A stretch of DNA of 64,000 bases from Lingula anatina (GCA_051362555.1 CM120644.1:9680954-9744953); one strand, 5' to 3'. Numbered from the stretch's first letter, positions 1 to 14,819 are shown. Numbers and translations: made by a program. The notes: generated from the letters alone by a model not told the origin.

Positions 1-123
1 ATCAATTTTTCCCATTCATTCACAATTTATTTTTCATGTACAAAAGTGGGCACTCATCCTTATCAGACTAAGATGACCGGTATGTTGGGCAAAAAACAAC
101 CGCATTCATTAATTTCCCAAATT

Positions 124-127
<4 letters not shown>

Positions 128-194
<67 letters not shown>
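128..194. repeat. (AT)n microsatellite
   Basis: Perfect AT dinucleotide run. Confidence 0.95.
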
Positions 195-196
<2 letters not shown>

Positions 197-249
197 TACA
201 AACTGAAGGTGATGCTAAAATTTGCAAAAAGAATATATATCTTTCCTAC

Positions 250-3200
250 TGATCTTTGAGATGGACGTCCACATTTCGAATAAATCGAAGAAGTTCACAT
301 ATGGTAGACCTGTAGCCATTTTTCCTTGGTTTTGCAACTCCGTTATAAACAGCTTGATCGAGCATGTCCTTCTGAAAAACGTCGTTATAAAACTCGCTAT
401 ATTTATCTCGTTAGTACAGTACACAGATTTTAAAACACAAATCCATATCCCCTCGTATTGTGGTGGTAAAAATAAATCGTTCCTGAAGAGACGAACCGAT
501 AAAATTTTATTTTCTATACATTATTATTTATGACTATATTTATGTTCTACATATTAGATATGTACCGATCTCTGCATAACAAAAGGTCAAAATCACACTG
601 CAATTGTTCTTTAAAAATTATTTAATCGAAAAAAATGTTATTAGAAAGTTGAAATTTGCCTTTGAGTAATATTCCAGATGTTCTGTGCATACTATAACGT
701 ACATGCGCTGTAGGCAATTTGCATCCTCAATTAATCAAAGATGGGAGATGAAATGAACGGTGATTTATTATGTGACAGAAACAATTTGTACAATGATGTA
801 GGGGAAAGGGATGCCGTATACAAATATGCCTTAATTTTGACAACAGATCTGATTTCATTTCATCATAATGCCCAGTGCATGATGAAAAATTATACACAAT
901 TTTAAAGTACGATGCAAATGGAATTTGTGTCATTTTATTCAGTTTTTGGAAGGCAATGATATTGGTACTAGGAAAAAGGGTCGCCTCCATAAACTTTTAT
1001 CCTCCCCCTCTCTTCCACCACTCTGAATTTCCTTATGTAGTCTTTATATTCAAGATAAGATAAGATAAGATAAGAGTTTATTCAGCCATTAATATATAAA
1101 TATAAAATTCATATAAAACGGAAATTGGACTGCTATTCAGGTTACAAATTATAAATAAATAAATTATAAATTTCCATTTTTGTTGTTAAAATGAAACACA
1201 GCAGATGGGTAAAAACTCTTTAAAAACCTTTTAGATCCCTTAAAAGTTAAAAGTCTGCAGTTGCTCGGTAAAAATTTAAAAAGCCCATGTGCGGGGTGGG
1301 TATAGTCAGACATGATTTTCTCTGTTTTTGTTACTGATCTGTTAGTATAGATGGCACCTAGAGAGGGGAGTTCCAGACCGATGATTTTGCCGCACGTTGA
1401 TGTGACCATAACTAGACGCTTGCGCTCTTCTACAGTGGCCCGCCCATACCATACTATGATTGCAAATGTTAATATACTTTCTATAACACATTTGTAAAAG
1501 TTAGCTAAAATCATTTCATTTGAAGTAAAATCCTTCAACTTTCTTAAAAAATATACCCTTTGCCTCGCTTTTTTTTAACTGTTTGTCTATGTGGTCCTTC
1601 CATATGTAAGTGAGCTATTGAATTCTACCTCCAGTAGTCTAAAATTGGCTACTTGCTTTACTGCAGTGCCACTGATATGAATGGGTTCTTTCACATTTCT
1701 ATTCTTTCTGAAGTCAACAATCATTTCCTTAGTCTTCCCTACATTCAGTAACAAATCGTTGTCTTTACACCATTGTACAACTGAGTTGACATCGTTTCTA
1801 TACCAGGTCTCATCATTATCACTTATTAAGCCAATTAAAGTGGTGTCGTCGGCAAACTTCAAGATGCAATTACTCAATGTACGCCAGTAACCCAATGATA
1901 TAATACACATTTTAATACACAAAAAAGCAAAATTGATGATAAACATCCAACAGGACCTACCCAGTGCGGTACTGTGTTAAACACGGATACCGTCAACCTG
2001 TCCAGTGTCAACGTTACGGAATGTGGCTGCTGTTTCCAACTGAAATAAATCGAAAATTAAATATCACAATAAAAGTCGGTTGTTCTTATAGTTCACGTAA
2101 TATAGTATTATTAAACTGCTCGCATTAACTATACTGCTGATATTGCATTCTCTTTTTTCTTCAATGCATGTATGTCTACCTAAAAGATTAATCGCAGAAG
2201 ACTACCAAATGTTTTTTCAATAGAGCCATCTTTTAAAAAAGCTATGAGACAATTTAAGAAACCTTTATATTAAAGTCCATGGATAAAACATAACACAATC
2301 TGGAAAGTAAAGGACATAAGATATATGTAACAGAAAGTAAAATACTGCTGACGTTGCATTTCCACATCCTGACGTCTCAACTTATTTTTTCATTTAACGT
2401 GTAAAAATTAGGAATATCTCTCTGCTTTAAGTGTACCTTTCTTTCACTTCTTTCTCGTCCCCCAACGCACCAAGAAAACAATACCTCATATCCACATTCC
2501 AAAAGAACGGGTGCCTGTTAATAAGAGGTATATCCTTATTTACTGTACACTTACATGTGTAACCTCCTGCACCTTAATTTTTATTAGCGCATTTACACAT
2601 TTTATAAATATATACTTGACAGTATGTGTTTAGTACTTTCATAAGTATGATGTGATTTTTTTTCTTCAGTCAACAGCTAATATTGAGATAGGTTTTACCT
2701 CCAATATTTCGATGTCTCAGTATTAGCTGTTGACTGAATAAAAAAATCAAATCATTCTTATAACTTAACACAGCTGATGAAATTCTTCTCTGAATTAGTA
2801 CTTTCATGTTTTCGGACAACATTACACACATCTAACCAACAATGGAAAGTGCGTGCCTTTAATTTCGTAGTGCGTAAGTAGCTTTAGTTGCTTCAAATTT
2901 AGTTTTTGCCAACGAAATCTTTTTAAGAAGGGGAAAGAGGAAACATAAAGATAACTTACGCCAGTGCTTCCTCAATGGTCGGCCTCAGCTCAGGGTCTGG
3001 CTGCAGCATCCAGGCCACTAAATGTTTTCCAACGATGTCGTCCAAGGCTGAAAGGTCATGTTTTCCATCTTGCACGTTCTTGTTACACAGAAACACGTCG
3101 GCCTCGCCACTGGGCATAAATGGGTGTATGCCACCTGTTAGTGTGTAGTAGACTAACATCCCGGCCACCTGCAAGGGCAACAGAATAATAAACGCTTTTT

Positions 3201-6200
3201 TTAATCAAAACTTAACGCACATACATTATACCTAAGTTATATATAATCATTGATGTACGGCTCGACAAAGCTATACCCCGGTACAAAATAGTGATATTAA
3301 TCACATACATGTATTTCCGATTACGTATTTATCAAAAGGAAATTAAAAAATATCATGCTGATGACTCTTTATAAATCTTCGTCAATAATACACGTGTACG
3401 CGTGTCCATGACATCATCATTGAGTTTTTGACAAGTTTATGTAGTTAACTGTAATTTTACCTGAATATCGGCATTTTTCTTGTATTTGGTTTTCCCAGTG
3501 GCGCTATCCAATATCTCCTTTGCCACCCAATGGTATGTTCCTGAAGATGCACCAGATATATAACAACGACAGTAAGGGAATAATGAATTAAATACATGTT
3601 CCATCAAAGCCTTTTAAAAAGCTTTAAATTGGCAATGAGTAATATAAAACTAAATATAAATATAATATAAATTGGAGCTTTTTATAGTACCTCTACTATA
3701 TCCTTGTAAATAACCATGTGGCCAAAATTTTAATATCATTAGGCAGACAGACAGATGGATAGATATACAAATGAGCGTAGAGAAATTGTAATATACCTTT
3801 AGCAGTAGTGTAGAAAGTACTCTGGTTATCCGGGAGGACCACACTAATGCCAAAATCTGATAACTTTGCTCGATTGCTGATATCTATAAGAACGTTGTGG
3901 GGCTGGAATTGGTGGGTATTATTTAATGTACTACATTTGTATAATCCATTATTATAAGACGGATTTATACTTTTCTGCATACTAACCATCAGTCACTAAC
4001 ATAAAAAATTTCGCACACAAGTTTCATTTTCAAGTAAAGAATGAGTGTCAACGTTTTAAGAATAATATTTGGTAAAGGCCAAAATGATATTATTGCGATG
4101 AACTGTTGACAGGAGCAAAAATAAATACCCCCAGCATACCAAAATTCACTGACTGCTGAATGAGGGTGTCTACCTTGATATCCATATGAATCACGTTGTG
4201 CCCAGTGTGTAGGGTTCTGAGGCTCTCTAAGATATGCCCTACGAGATCTCGGGAGATGCTGCCCTGGTTTTGTTTGTACTCATCTGTAGATATAAATTCA
4301 TTGAGAGTAAACTCCCCGAGCTCAAGAATCAAGTACAGAAACTCGTCATCCATGGCAATATCAAGATACCGGATGATATTTGGGGAATCCAATGTAGTTA
4401 ACAAGCCTTTCTCGTTCTTAAAGTACTGTGACATGGACCTTGGGAATCTTTTTACGGCGACCTCTCTGCCATCATGCCGAATACCCAGAAGCACCTCAGT
4501 TTTGTTGCCGCTGAAGAAAATATAGTAATCTAATTTGAGTAATCTGAAACTTTAACTACGATCAATAACTCTTGCCCCGGTTAAAAGAATAAATGAAAAA
4601 CGTGTGGCAGAAATTTGACCTTGACTATTTATACTAGTAAGTCAGTAATAAAATTACTATGACAGACAACATTAGCTATGACAAACTAAAGCACACAACA
4701 CACAAACTTTAGCTAAGTATTTCATTGCAATTTCATTAATTGTTCATGATCAAGTCAATGGGAAAGCGTCTATAAACATAACAAAAACTATTTACAAAAA
4801 AACACCACTAGAACCTGCCCTCAGTGTCAGGGTCACTGTGAAGCTACATGTACCTTGCTAACTATTCAAACGTTTTAATGGAACAGCTTAACAGTTTTCC
4901 TGATATGGGTTATATACGAAATCAAGATCGAGCTGGCAAAACTGAATCTAGAACCTAGGGTACCAGAACCCGATTTGGAGAATGACAGTTTTTAAATTGA
5001 TCCCATAATCAAACTGAAAAATTATATAAAACTGAATAAATAAAGCACACCTCACTATACTTACGATCCAATTTTAAACCTGTCGATCTTTGTGCTGAAA
5101 CATACGTTGTTCACTTCCTTCAAGTTCCCGTCGCTGACCTGCAGAAGTTCTTCAAATAAAGACCTCCATCTGGCACTGACAGGTGTCCAGTTTGCTGAAT
5201 ACTTTAGGGCAATCTGTTCCTTCAGATAGATTACATTACTGGACGTTACTATAGAATCACAGAGCAGTCCATCATCGGCTAAATCGTTTTGACCAATTTG
5301 TAGGATCTGGCGTGAAACAGGAATGTCTGCGTCTGCCTCTATTTGTTTTTTTCAAAAACGCCACATTGTTATTTGGTGAAACTTGATAGTCTATCAAAGT
5401 ACCGGTAGGGAGCAGCACTGGTACTCTCCAGGGCTGACTGGTAAGAATGATGACCATTTTCCTTTCCATTTTGGAGGTCAGGTATTCGGCAAACATCTTA
5501 TCGTCACTAAGAACGTTACCATTGAAACTAAGGTGTTGTTCAAATAGATGAATGTCGGTATCCACCGCCAGAATCTGCTTAAGTGTGCCGACGACCTTGC
5601 TTGCAAACAAAGAGTATTTATAGATTTGACCGCCACGTGTTACATAAACCTTTACTGACCAGTCAAGAGTCACAACCGACCCTTCTTGGAGACCATAATC
5701 CTTCAACTTTTTGTCGCTTCCGAGTTGTGTCCCTTCGTAAATGAAAATAACTGCCCTCACAAAATTCTTAGCCAGTGCGTCCACTGTATCCGTTGGAAAT
5801 ACTTTAGCCGATTTTTGGGTGTTCTGTCCTATAATCTTAAACACCACTTGGAATGAAACAGACACCTTGATTTTATGTAGACGATACAGAGGAGTCTTCT
5901 TGTCGGATTCGACCAATGTCCGGAGTGTATCTCTTCCTTTGCGCTGGGCTTTGATTAGAATCATATCCTTATGTGCTGCTTGTAATTTAAGATAAATCAT
6001 ATTCACTAAATCTTCGACGGTAAGTAGGGGATTCCAAAACTGTTCTTCGTGGCTGTCATCGGCAAATTGAACAAGAATTTTATGCAAGCCATACGTGACC
6101 GTGAACACGCTGTCTGTTCCAAAGTAAATGCCATAATCCATGAAAGTTCTGTCTTCGTCAAGACTGTCCGACTCACTCGGGATAAGACCATGATATACAT

Positions 6201-9200
6201 TCAAGTAACAAAGGGGCAAATTTACGATGTTATTGACTTTGGTCTTTATAACTCGTACTTTATCCGTGCCCTTTACGGACATGCGCACACTCTGTCCGTC
6301 TGGCAGATGAACAGATATAACATAAACTGGTTCTGATTGAACACATGCAACCATGAGTGTGGCTTCGGCATCGCATTTGCATACGCACCTCTGAAAGGAA
6401 AATAAGCATTCAGTATTATATGTATGATATGCATTGATTGATGAATACAAATTCTCCAACGGTAAGAAACGGGTCGCAGGATTTTTCTGCAGGGCTGTCA
6501 TCGGCAAATTGAACGAGAACACTATGTGAGGCATAGGTGACCGTGAACACTTGGTCTGTTCCGAAGCAACTGCCACAGTCCGTGAAAGTTATGTCTTCGT
6601 CAAGACTATCCGAAGCCCCCGGGGTAAGACCTCGATAAACATTCTCGTTCAAGTTTACTGACTTTGGTCGTTATAACTCGGACTTTATCCACAGGTAACT
6701 TTCGTCCATCTGGCAGATGAATAGATAAAAGAAGACCAGGTCTACGTTTCAGTTTTTGCAACCGTGGTTGTGACTTCGGAATCTGATTTGCATACGCACC
6801 TCTGAATTATATACAGACTTGACATTTAATTTGGAATATTTCAGTTTCGAAGGTATGCCTAGGTAAAAATTCGTTCTTTTTTCAAAAAAACTCCGATCTC
6901 ATATAAGATTTGTGAATGGAGAAGTGTGTAGTCAGGTGTGTCGCTACCAATTAACTGACTTCCATGTCTGTTGCGCTGCTACATTATGTAATATGCGGTG
7001 ATTTGGATAGTGTACCTTTGGGCTGGTCAATGCTTGGCTCAGGCAAATCTTGGTTCTGTCAAAAAAGTATCCGTATGTCGGCAACTATTACATAGAAAAA
7101 TTTGAAATTTTGCATGCAAGCGGTCAGTTTTGCAGTTCGTAAAATGAGCTAAGTAGTGCTTTACAAGTTTGTTAATTTGTGGCAGAATGGCGCGAAAAAG
7201 ACAGACATTACCAGACAGATTACAGCGCCAAACGGAACGGTCCGCACAGTATTATAGAGTAATGCCCTGACTAATGTAACTTCACAGAGGTCACACCCAA
7301 TGCATCGAAATCTTATCTCCAGGGTACAGGACGCACTATCTTTCGGGATACGCTGCTGCAACTAAACAAAAGCCACCCAGTCCGTTCAGAACGAGGGGTA
7401 AATTGCCACCAAAATGCGTTTTTCAAGGCCCTTAACGAACACCAAACTGGTTTTAGCAGGTTAGAATACCAGACGACCTCCGAGGTACCCACCGTAAACA
7501 ACAAAACATCGTCGTCTGTTTCTCTAATGAATTGGGGGCCATGACCGTTTCTGGGTAGAACACTGAAACCGCGTGGCTTTCTTTATTGAGGTCAGGTTTC
7601 ACCTGTACCGCCCAGCTAGTCAAAACAGTTTACAGACATCCAGAAGAGGCCTACGACGAAGCATGTGCCGCGTCTAAAGTGACATGGGTCATTGACAGCG
7701 TCAGTATTTGGAGTGGATACCACATTGGTGCCAAAACACCAATGGTAGTCATTGACGAAAACCTGAACCAGATCAAATAAAGGAATAATCTGGGAACCAC
7801 TTGACTATCATTTGATAGGGGGGACCTTAGGAACAATTTTAGGTTGCACGGTCAGATAACCGCTTCACACAGAGCACTTTTAATAGCAGATAACTTATAG
7901 AACCAAGGGAATGAGCAGCTACCCTGGTCATCAAAATCGCCACATTTGAACCGCATAGACAATATGTGGGTAAGCCATTACTAGCCAAATCAACTGCTTA
8001 CATGCCCTACATCAAAACTGGACCAAATTGGACAATTTTGGACCGATGCCTGGAATAAAATTCCAGATTGAACTCTAAAAACCCAACCCAAGGAATGCCT
8101 TGCCGCTTGAGAGCCCTGGTTACAGACAGAAGAGGGCAGGCGTAACAGCGACCGTTACTGTGACTAGGCACTGACATGAGGGTCCTTTGTGTAGCGTATA
8201 ACTCTTTTACAGACGTTAACTTGGAAAATATAGAGAACCAAAATATCTCTTTTAATGGATGTCGTATGACATAGAATAGGCAATGCATTTCTGTTTGCTT
8301 CACTGTCGAATTCAACCAATGAGCTGATGTCACCATGACATCAAAGAGATAATTTAAAGTTATTAAAACACGATTTTAATCCTTATTTTCATTTATCAGT
8401 CAGCAAAATAGGAAAAAACTGATGAAAAATGACTTGGAAAAAAATATTCCATATTAAATGTCAAGTCTGTATATACATGTATATATATCGTATTTTCTTG
8501 ACTGATAATTGAAAATAAGCATTAAAATCGTGTTTCCGTAACTTTACATACATGTGATCTCGCCAGTGAAGCAAATACATTCCATATTCAAGTCATATGT
8601 CAACCTTTTAAGCGATATTTTGGACCTACCCACATATTATTTATGTGGTTCAATTATTTTGATGACCAATGCAGCTGCTTATTTGATTGGTTCAGTAATT
8701 TTCTACTATTAAATGTGCACACACACAGACTGGACATTTGACATTGTTGATATGCTTTAGTTGATGAAATATTTGGTCCAAATTGAAGAAAAATATTAGA
8801 ATATTTACAGCATTTCAATATATTTCTTTCTTTGGATAGTTAATCTGCATTGCTTCACTTATTCATTTATTCATTTTACTCATTAACCATATACTTATGA
8901 TATTCAATATAATTTGCACTTTTTGGCATCATTTTCATATCATTGATTTTTCTTTACAACAAAAATAACTGATGTAAGTATTTGAAAGTAGAATGTTTTT
9001 GTAATCTTAATTGGAAACCACGACTGCAGGTGAAGACAATAATGGATAGAAAAAAAAGCAATGAACAGAAAAAAATTACCGAGAAACAGTTTTCGCAACA
9101 ATCAGAAAACCGATCTCTACATCCCTCTCGACCTTCCTCGCAGTCGTCGTATTCCCCGCAACAATAACATAGACAGCAACACACAAGCAGTCCCACAAAG

Positions 9201-9457
9201 AAGAAACATGTCAAGGAGATCTGCAGGGCAATGATTAAAATCACTTGTTCACGAGTGAGCTCCTCGGTGGTTGTGGGCGTGGTCTCTGTAACAGGCGTGG
9301 TCTCGGTGGTGTTATGTCTCTGGGAGGCCGATCCATTTCCGATAAAGAGCTTTGCTGACGTCGCAATTCTCATGTTATTGGTATCAGAGGATGTGACGTG
9401 GGGTGTTAAAACTAACAAAATGGCGGTCATACTGCACAAACCCCGGCACATATCCAT
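250..9457 (-). CDS. Paralogue A of the TM-Ubl-kinase-KEN gene (exons 1-9; last exon off-window; 1-nt frameshift in exon 2, possible pseudogene)
   Basis: Exons 9457-9080, 6390-5065, 4510-4174, 3902-3797, 3540-3461, 3168-2960, 2514-2437, 2039-1961, 371-250. Exons 3-9 have the same lengths and phases as copy B. The T7 run at 5346-5352 is one base too long for the frame; the rest is open. Confidence 0.82.
1052..1875 (-). mobile_element. 5'-truncated non-LTR retrotransposon (Rex1/Babar- or CR1-like RT 3' end) in intron 8 of copy A
   Basis: KFADDTTLIGLIS..LLLNVGKTKEMIVDFRK and NFYKCVIESILTFAIIVWYG..HPAHGLF. (TCTTA)n 3' tail at about 1052-1075. Absent from the same intron in B and C. Confidence 0.85.
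6440..6801 (-). pseudogene. Degenerate partial duplicate of the start of exon 2 (first Ubl) in copy A
   Basis: RCVCKSDSEVTTTVAKTET* followed by frameshifted SDSLDEDITF..FGTDQVFTVTY..VLVQFADDS, repeating the start of the exon at 6390. Confidence 0.75.
6814..8469 (+). mobile_element. Degenerate Tc1/mariner DNA transposon
   Basis: ~30-bp TIRs CAGACTTGACATTTAAT(T/A)TGGAATATTTT, TA on both flanks, transposase remnant PWSSKSPHLNRIDNMW at about 7920-7970 (cf. Tc1 WPSxSPDLNPIENxW). Confidence 0.85.
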
Positions 9458-10799
9458 CGGTTTAGATTAATCTGAAATTACGAAAACATAATACACTTCT
9501 GTAAATTTACCAAGTTTGCACTGTGCACTTCAAATGGATACCATTTTAATTTGTTTTGGGAGAGACGTTTCAATGCATCATATCTATCATACGTATTGTA
9601 TCAACACAACAATACCAGTAAATTAACCATAAACAAAGGAATCAAGTCATGCCAGTCTTGGATTTCTGACAGCTGTACTGTCAATAAGGTCACTGTCAAG
9701 CTGTAACGGTGGTTGTTTTAATCGTTGCCCGACTTTGCATTTTTTTAAATTCCATTTTTCTTGAAATAACTGTTAAAAAAAAACATTATAGAATATACTT
9801 TTAAGTTTTAACGACTGATGAATTATATTCATATGAACCATATTTTTACAATGGTTAAATGTTTCATGTGAAAATGTCTTAATTAGGTTAATTAATTATA
9901 CCTTTTACGAAGAAGTCATCTACAAAACAGTTAATTAAAAAAGCAATGCGCAAATAATTTCATGCTCTCAAAACATTTTTCATAATTTCAAAAGAATATG
10001 CATTAAAAAACTTCTTGTATACGTTTAACAGGCCTCTTAAATATGATTTTGTTGCTGTAACTGAAGCCCATCGTTCATAATTGAGTTCCAGTATCCACCA
10101 TTTTATGTTTACCAAGATACTATTGTCATTTTTTATTCAATTGTTCATATTTTTGATATAAGTGATGAAGAACGACAACCCGAGCTTTCGAACGTTTATT
10201 CGCCGATTTTATCTTCATACAAATTCAAAATTATTTATACTCTGTTTCTCCGTACTGATCAAGCATTTACTTGTTTTCTTTTCATGTATTTGTGTGGTAA
10301 CAAGGACTTTTCCATTCTCATGTTGCAAACCACCATGCAACAATTCCTTATTAGGTAATCTCTAAGAGACTTGTTTTCAATTTAGAATATTTGAAATATG
10401 ATTTGAGCTACTCATGCTTAGGCCATGTCCATCCTTAGTTTGCATGTGTTTAACACGTGTCGGAAACGTGCAAATCTATAGAGAAATTCACCAATCAAAT
10501 CGAACTTTATGTGACTTTGACATGTTCCATCTTTTCCTACTACAAAAACAATTTCTACACTCGTTGACTCTTAAAGAAGTTTATCTTACACTCAGTAACT
10601 CCCTATCTATATACTCGTTTGATTCCGTTATAATTATCATCTGCAATTAGTGAAAGTGTAAGTCATTATCTTTACTACCTTACTATGCGCATGTCGTGGT
10701 TCTGAAAATAATATATATATAAAAGGCAGATAAATCTATTGGCTCAGGCAAGGCTACGCATATTATAAACGACCAAAACTTGAAACGTTGGATACGGGT

Positions 10800-11744
10800 C
10801 AAGATGGCGGCACAACGTAAGCTGCTCGTAGCTCCTTGCTAATGTCAGTTTTGTGTCTGTCTGTGTAGACTTTGATTAAAATGCCAGGTGACAGGAAAAA
10901 TCAACTCAATCAACAATCGACCAATACAAGAATCAGAAAAAAGCGTCTGCTGAAAAGCCATCAAAAAAGATAAAATGGAGTCACTCCGACGTGGCAGAAG
11001 AGAGCATGGAGGGGGCGGACCTTTACTCTCAACTACCCAGCATCCATGGTGACCTGGCCGGCATAAAAGAGGTATTCAGTTCTCTAGTCACTAAAGGTGA
11101 AATAACTGACATTGTAGCAACAATAACCGATCAAATGCTAGAAAAACAATATGAACTCATACAAAGTGAGATGAAATTAAGAATTGCCGAGGCCACGGGT
11201 AAAATTTTGGAGTAATGATTTTTGTTATATGATTATATAATGTATATTGTTAGGTCATAGTCATTGTAAAAAATGTACTTGAACCGCAATAAATAATAAT
11301 AAATAATAAAAAATGCAAGACAAAATAGACTCACTATTGCTGGAAAATGAAAACATTAAAGAGAAACTGAATGAGAAAGAAAAAAATTAAAAGATCTGGA
11401 GGAAAGGGTCGTTCAAAATCATACTAGATCAACTGAAGCAATCAAACAAAGTAACTACAACGAGCAATACTCGAGAAAATTAAGTGTAATTAAGAGTCCT
11501 AAACTTCCCCCCTCACAATAAAGAAAATTTAAGAAGTGACTTCCCTGAATTTTTCAAGAAAGAAATCAACATTGAACTGGGCCCCCATGATATAACTGCA
11601 ATTCATAGAATCCCAGGCAGAGAGGTACAACATCAACCAGTCATTGTAAAATTGAGAAATAATTACATAAAAAGATCAATTATGACCAAGAAAAAGGAAA
11701 TAAAATCAAGTGTGAGGCTGTACGATGATATTACCCAAAGAAAC
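10800..11744 (+). mobile_element. L1/Tx1-clade LINE 5' region and decayed ORF1
   Basis: Coiled-coil-like ORF pieces followed by NEQYSRK, AIHRIPGR and PVIVKLRN motifs typical of LINE ORF1p; CAAGATGGCG at the 5' end. Confidence 0.65.
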
Positions 11745-14700
11745 CCCGTATGCACAAAAAATCCTTATCTTAAATGAAAAATTCTCCTTTACTTCATAAG
11801 AAAATTCTTAGCCGAGGAAACCCTTAAGTGGTATGCACAAAGTACCTTAAGAATTTCCTAAGCCAAGAATTTTCTCAAATAATAGGAATTTCCTCAACTC
11901 TGTAGGATTTCTCTTATGTGTTGAGCTATGTTTAGCCTGTACATTGACCAATAGAATTACCTGTTACAATAGCTCACACTGGGGAATTTCTGGGGATTCC
12001 TGAAGGAATCCTTTACTTGGATATGAGCAAGCACATTGGTGCGTATTAAACTTATACACTGTGTTGTATGTGCTTTAAACAAGGCAGATAAGAAAAAAGG
12101 GCCCAGTTGGAATTGTGAGGAGAAAGAGGTACTTGTTGAGGAAATTGTAAAGCAGTAACATATACTCAGGGGACGATTCTCTACTAAGATCACAGCACAA
12201 GCCAAAAAAGATGCATGGGCCAAAGCAATGAATGGTGTAAACCAGCACAATCCTGATATGAAGAGAGACATTGAAAGTGTCAAATAGAAGTGGGACAACC
12301 TCCTTTCAAGTGCAAAAAAGGACATCATCGATTACAAAAAGGAACTGAGGAAAACCGGTGAGTGAAATTTCAATGCTTTATTTGTCCACATTATAGCCTA
12401 CATTTGCTAAAAGCCTATACTAGTAGGCCTATCATTTATTATTAGAAGAGTTGAGATATCAATCGTGTAGGCCAAGAAGTTGTAACTTCTTGTGTAGGCC
12501 TAGTATTCTTCATACTCTGACAGAAAAAGAGGCATGTCATCCAATCCCCAGACCCAACACTAATTATAATAATCGAGTACGTGACATAATTACATTTTAA
12601 TCAAAAGGGTTTATCTCTATTGGCTGATACATGTGCACCCATCTCCCCTATCGGCGGTAATTCTGTAAAAAGGCCTCATAAAAAATATTAGTTTATCATC
12701 ATTGACACCTACAAGAAGTGATTCAGTAGGGCGTATTTTTTGCTCATACAAAAACGCATTGAATTTAACCAACGATGCCCTACGGACCGTCATTACATAA
12801 ACTAAAACATGGAACGTGCCATGAGCAAAGCTAGTAGTAACATAAATTGCAGTGAGAGGCACTCTTAGTACAGGGAGAGTCTGTTTTTGCGCATGAGGTG
12901 CACATTTGATGGGGGAAATTTACATTATAATTCTTTCATGTGAGCAGAAAAAGTAATGCGGCCGGGGATGATAAAGTAACATTTCATGGGCCCTAAAAAA
13001 GAAATCGACCCAGCATATACTTATTTCATGACTATGGCCATTTACATGTCATCGACTTACATATTTTAAGTGTTATCTGTGATGAAAAAGTGCGGCATGT
13101 TATTCATAACATTAATATTAATTTTAATTATTAAATTCACTATTGACCCCACGTATGCACATATTAAATACCTATGTTAATTGTATAAGCATTGATGCGT
13201 GAGATTACGTGTTATCAGGTGGTTTTCGGGGATTTCATAAGAAACATGTCATAAAAAGTGCCCATTCAAAAATTTTCACTTTAGATATCCCTTAACAGAA
13301 CGACAAATTACAAATGTATTTGGTTGGAGACCCATGCAAATATTCGCTTTCATTTCAGGAGGTGGTCCACCACCACGTGAACTGCCTGCTCTCACAAAAA
13401 GAGAGAAGACTCACCATCATTGGGAGGACAAGAATTTGGAACAGACATTCTGAAACGGTCATGACCGGGAAAATTTGTCTGGACCGGTAAAAATTGGACT
13501 TGGTCGGTCCAAAGGACCGACAAGAGTTTTAAGAGCTGCAATTTTGAATTTACAGTCATCAATCGACATCTGTCACTAATAAAGTTATATAAAACCCAAA
13601 GCGTTCTTTCCCTTCCATTTCAAACCTACATTCACAAACAAAGTAAGCTACGCTAATCGCGCTGGTACATGTACCTGTAGTATCTGTCTCAAACGAATAG
13701 AGTGATTTTCGGTCCGACAAAAATCCATTCGGTCCGGCAAATTTTTCATTACTGCCGGTCCAAATGTCCGGGCATTCTGAAATGTTTTCAGCGAGTCTGG
13801 ATTAGAAATAGAAATGGCTCCTGCAATACATAAGCCAGCAAATGCTGATGAGAAAGTTGAAAGCAGCTTCCTGATTCCAGCTGATTCTGATGAAAATATG
13901 TCATGGTATGGATATCAATATCGAAAAATTTTCCAAGAGTAATTGAAATACAACTTGTCATGGAAATGATGTTAATTATGATGAAATGAATTACAATCTA
14001 CTCAATATGATGGCCAAGGGCTAACAGTTGTGACAAGTTAAAGCTGTTTATGGATCTCTTTTGATTTGACTGAAGTTTTCTACATTTAGTTTTAAAATTC
14101 CCACATAAGTCCTTCTCTCAAAATTGAACCACCACATTTGATACATTAATAATATACACATTAATAAGGTATTTACAAAACACGATACACATTTTGGCCT
14201 AAAAACAACTGATGAAAAATTTACTATAATTATGAAATGTCAAGAAAAAGAAACCATTATTGCACTAGCTCAGTTTCTCTCCTCCGCTTTTGCTAGGAGG
14301 GATCTACAAGACAGTGCTGCACTCATCGGCAATTGAGTAATGGTAGTAATAGTAATTTTTTTAAAATAGTAAATAAGTAAATATTCTTACTCATTGTGAT
14401 TGTTTAATAACATATTCACAAAAATTGTATTCATATTGTCATTTTCATCCACACAAGTGGATGCATATGTTACAGTGAAATAAATTTTAAACATTTGATA
14501 ATTACTTTATGTTTCAGGCATAGAACCTTCGGGTAATGAAAACCTGTAGTAAGGCACTAATTGCGTGACTTCTGTTAGTGGGTGGTTCAATATCATCTGC
14601 CAGAAGATCCGTAATGAAAAGTATCCCCGCTCTATCAAAACGAAATCGCTGGTAAATCTCATGATCTGGGTAAAAATCCAAAGGATTTTCGCGGTCCCGA

Positions 14701-14815
14701 AACATTCTTGGTCTTGCGACTGCCCTTTCCAGTTCATCCACTTCTTCACGATAAACAGCAATGAGAAATAATGTTGCTGCACAGCTTTGACTAGCACAAA
14801 TGAATGCCACTGTTT
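11745..14815. mobile_element. PIF/Harbinger transposon remnant (Myb/SANT gene on +, transposase N-terminus on -), nested in the LINE
   Basis: Terminus CCCCGTATGCACAAAA. Plus strand 12091-12357: RKKGPSWNCEEKEVLVEEI..AKKDAW..KWDNL..RKTG|GGPPP with stops. Minus strand 14514-14810: RPRMFRDRENPLD..YQRFRFDR..PPTNRSHAIS..FYA, a HARBI1-type N-terminus. Confidence 0.8.
13442..13799. mobile_element. Small MITE-like insertion inside the Harbinger copy
   Basis: Imperfect TIRs CAGACATTCTGAAA / TTTCAGCGAGTCTG and inverted GGACCG/CGGTCC subterminal motifs. Confidence 0.5.
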
Positions 14816-14819
14816 TGTA

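Noticed and set aside
46-252. ORF with a poly(IY) tract (also 28693-28893)
   Set aside because: Translation of an (AT)n microsatellite.
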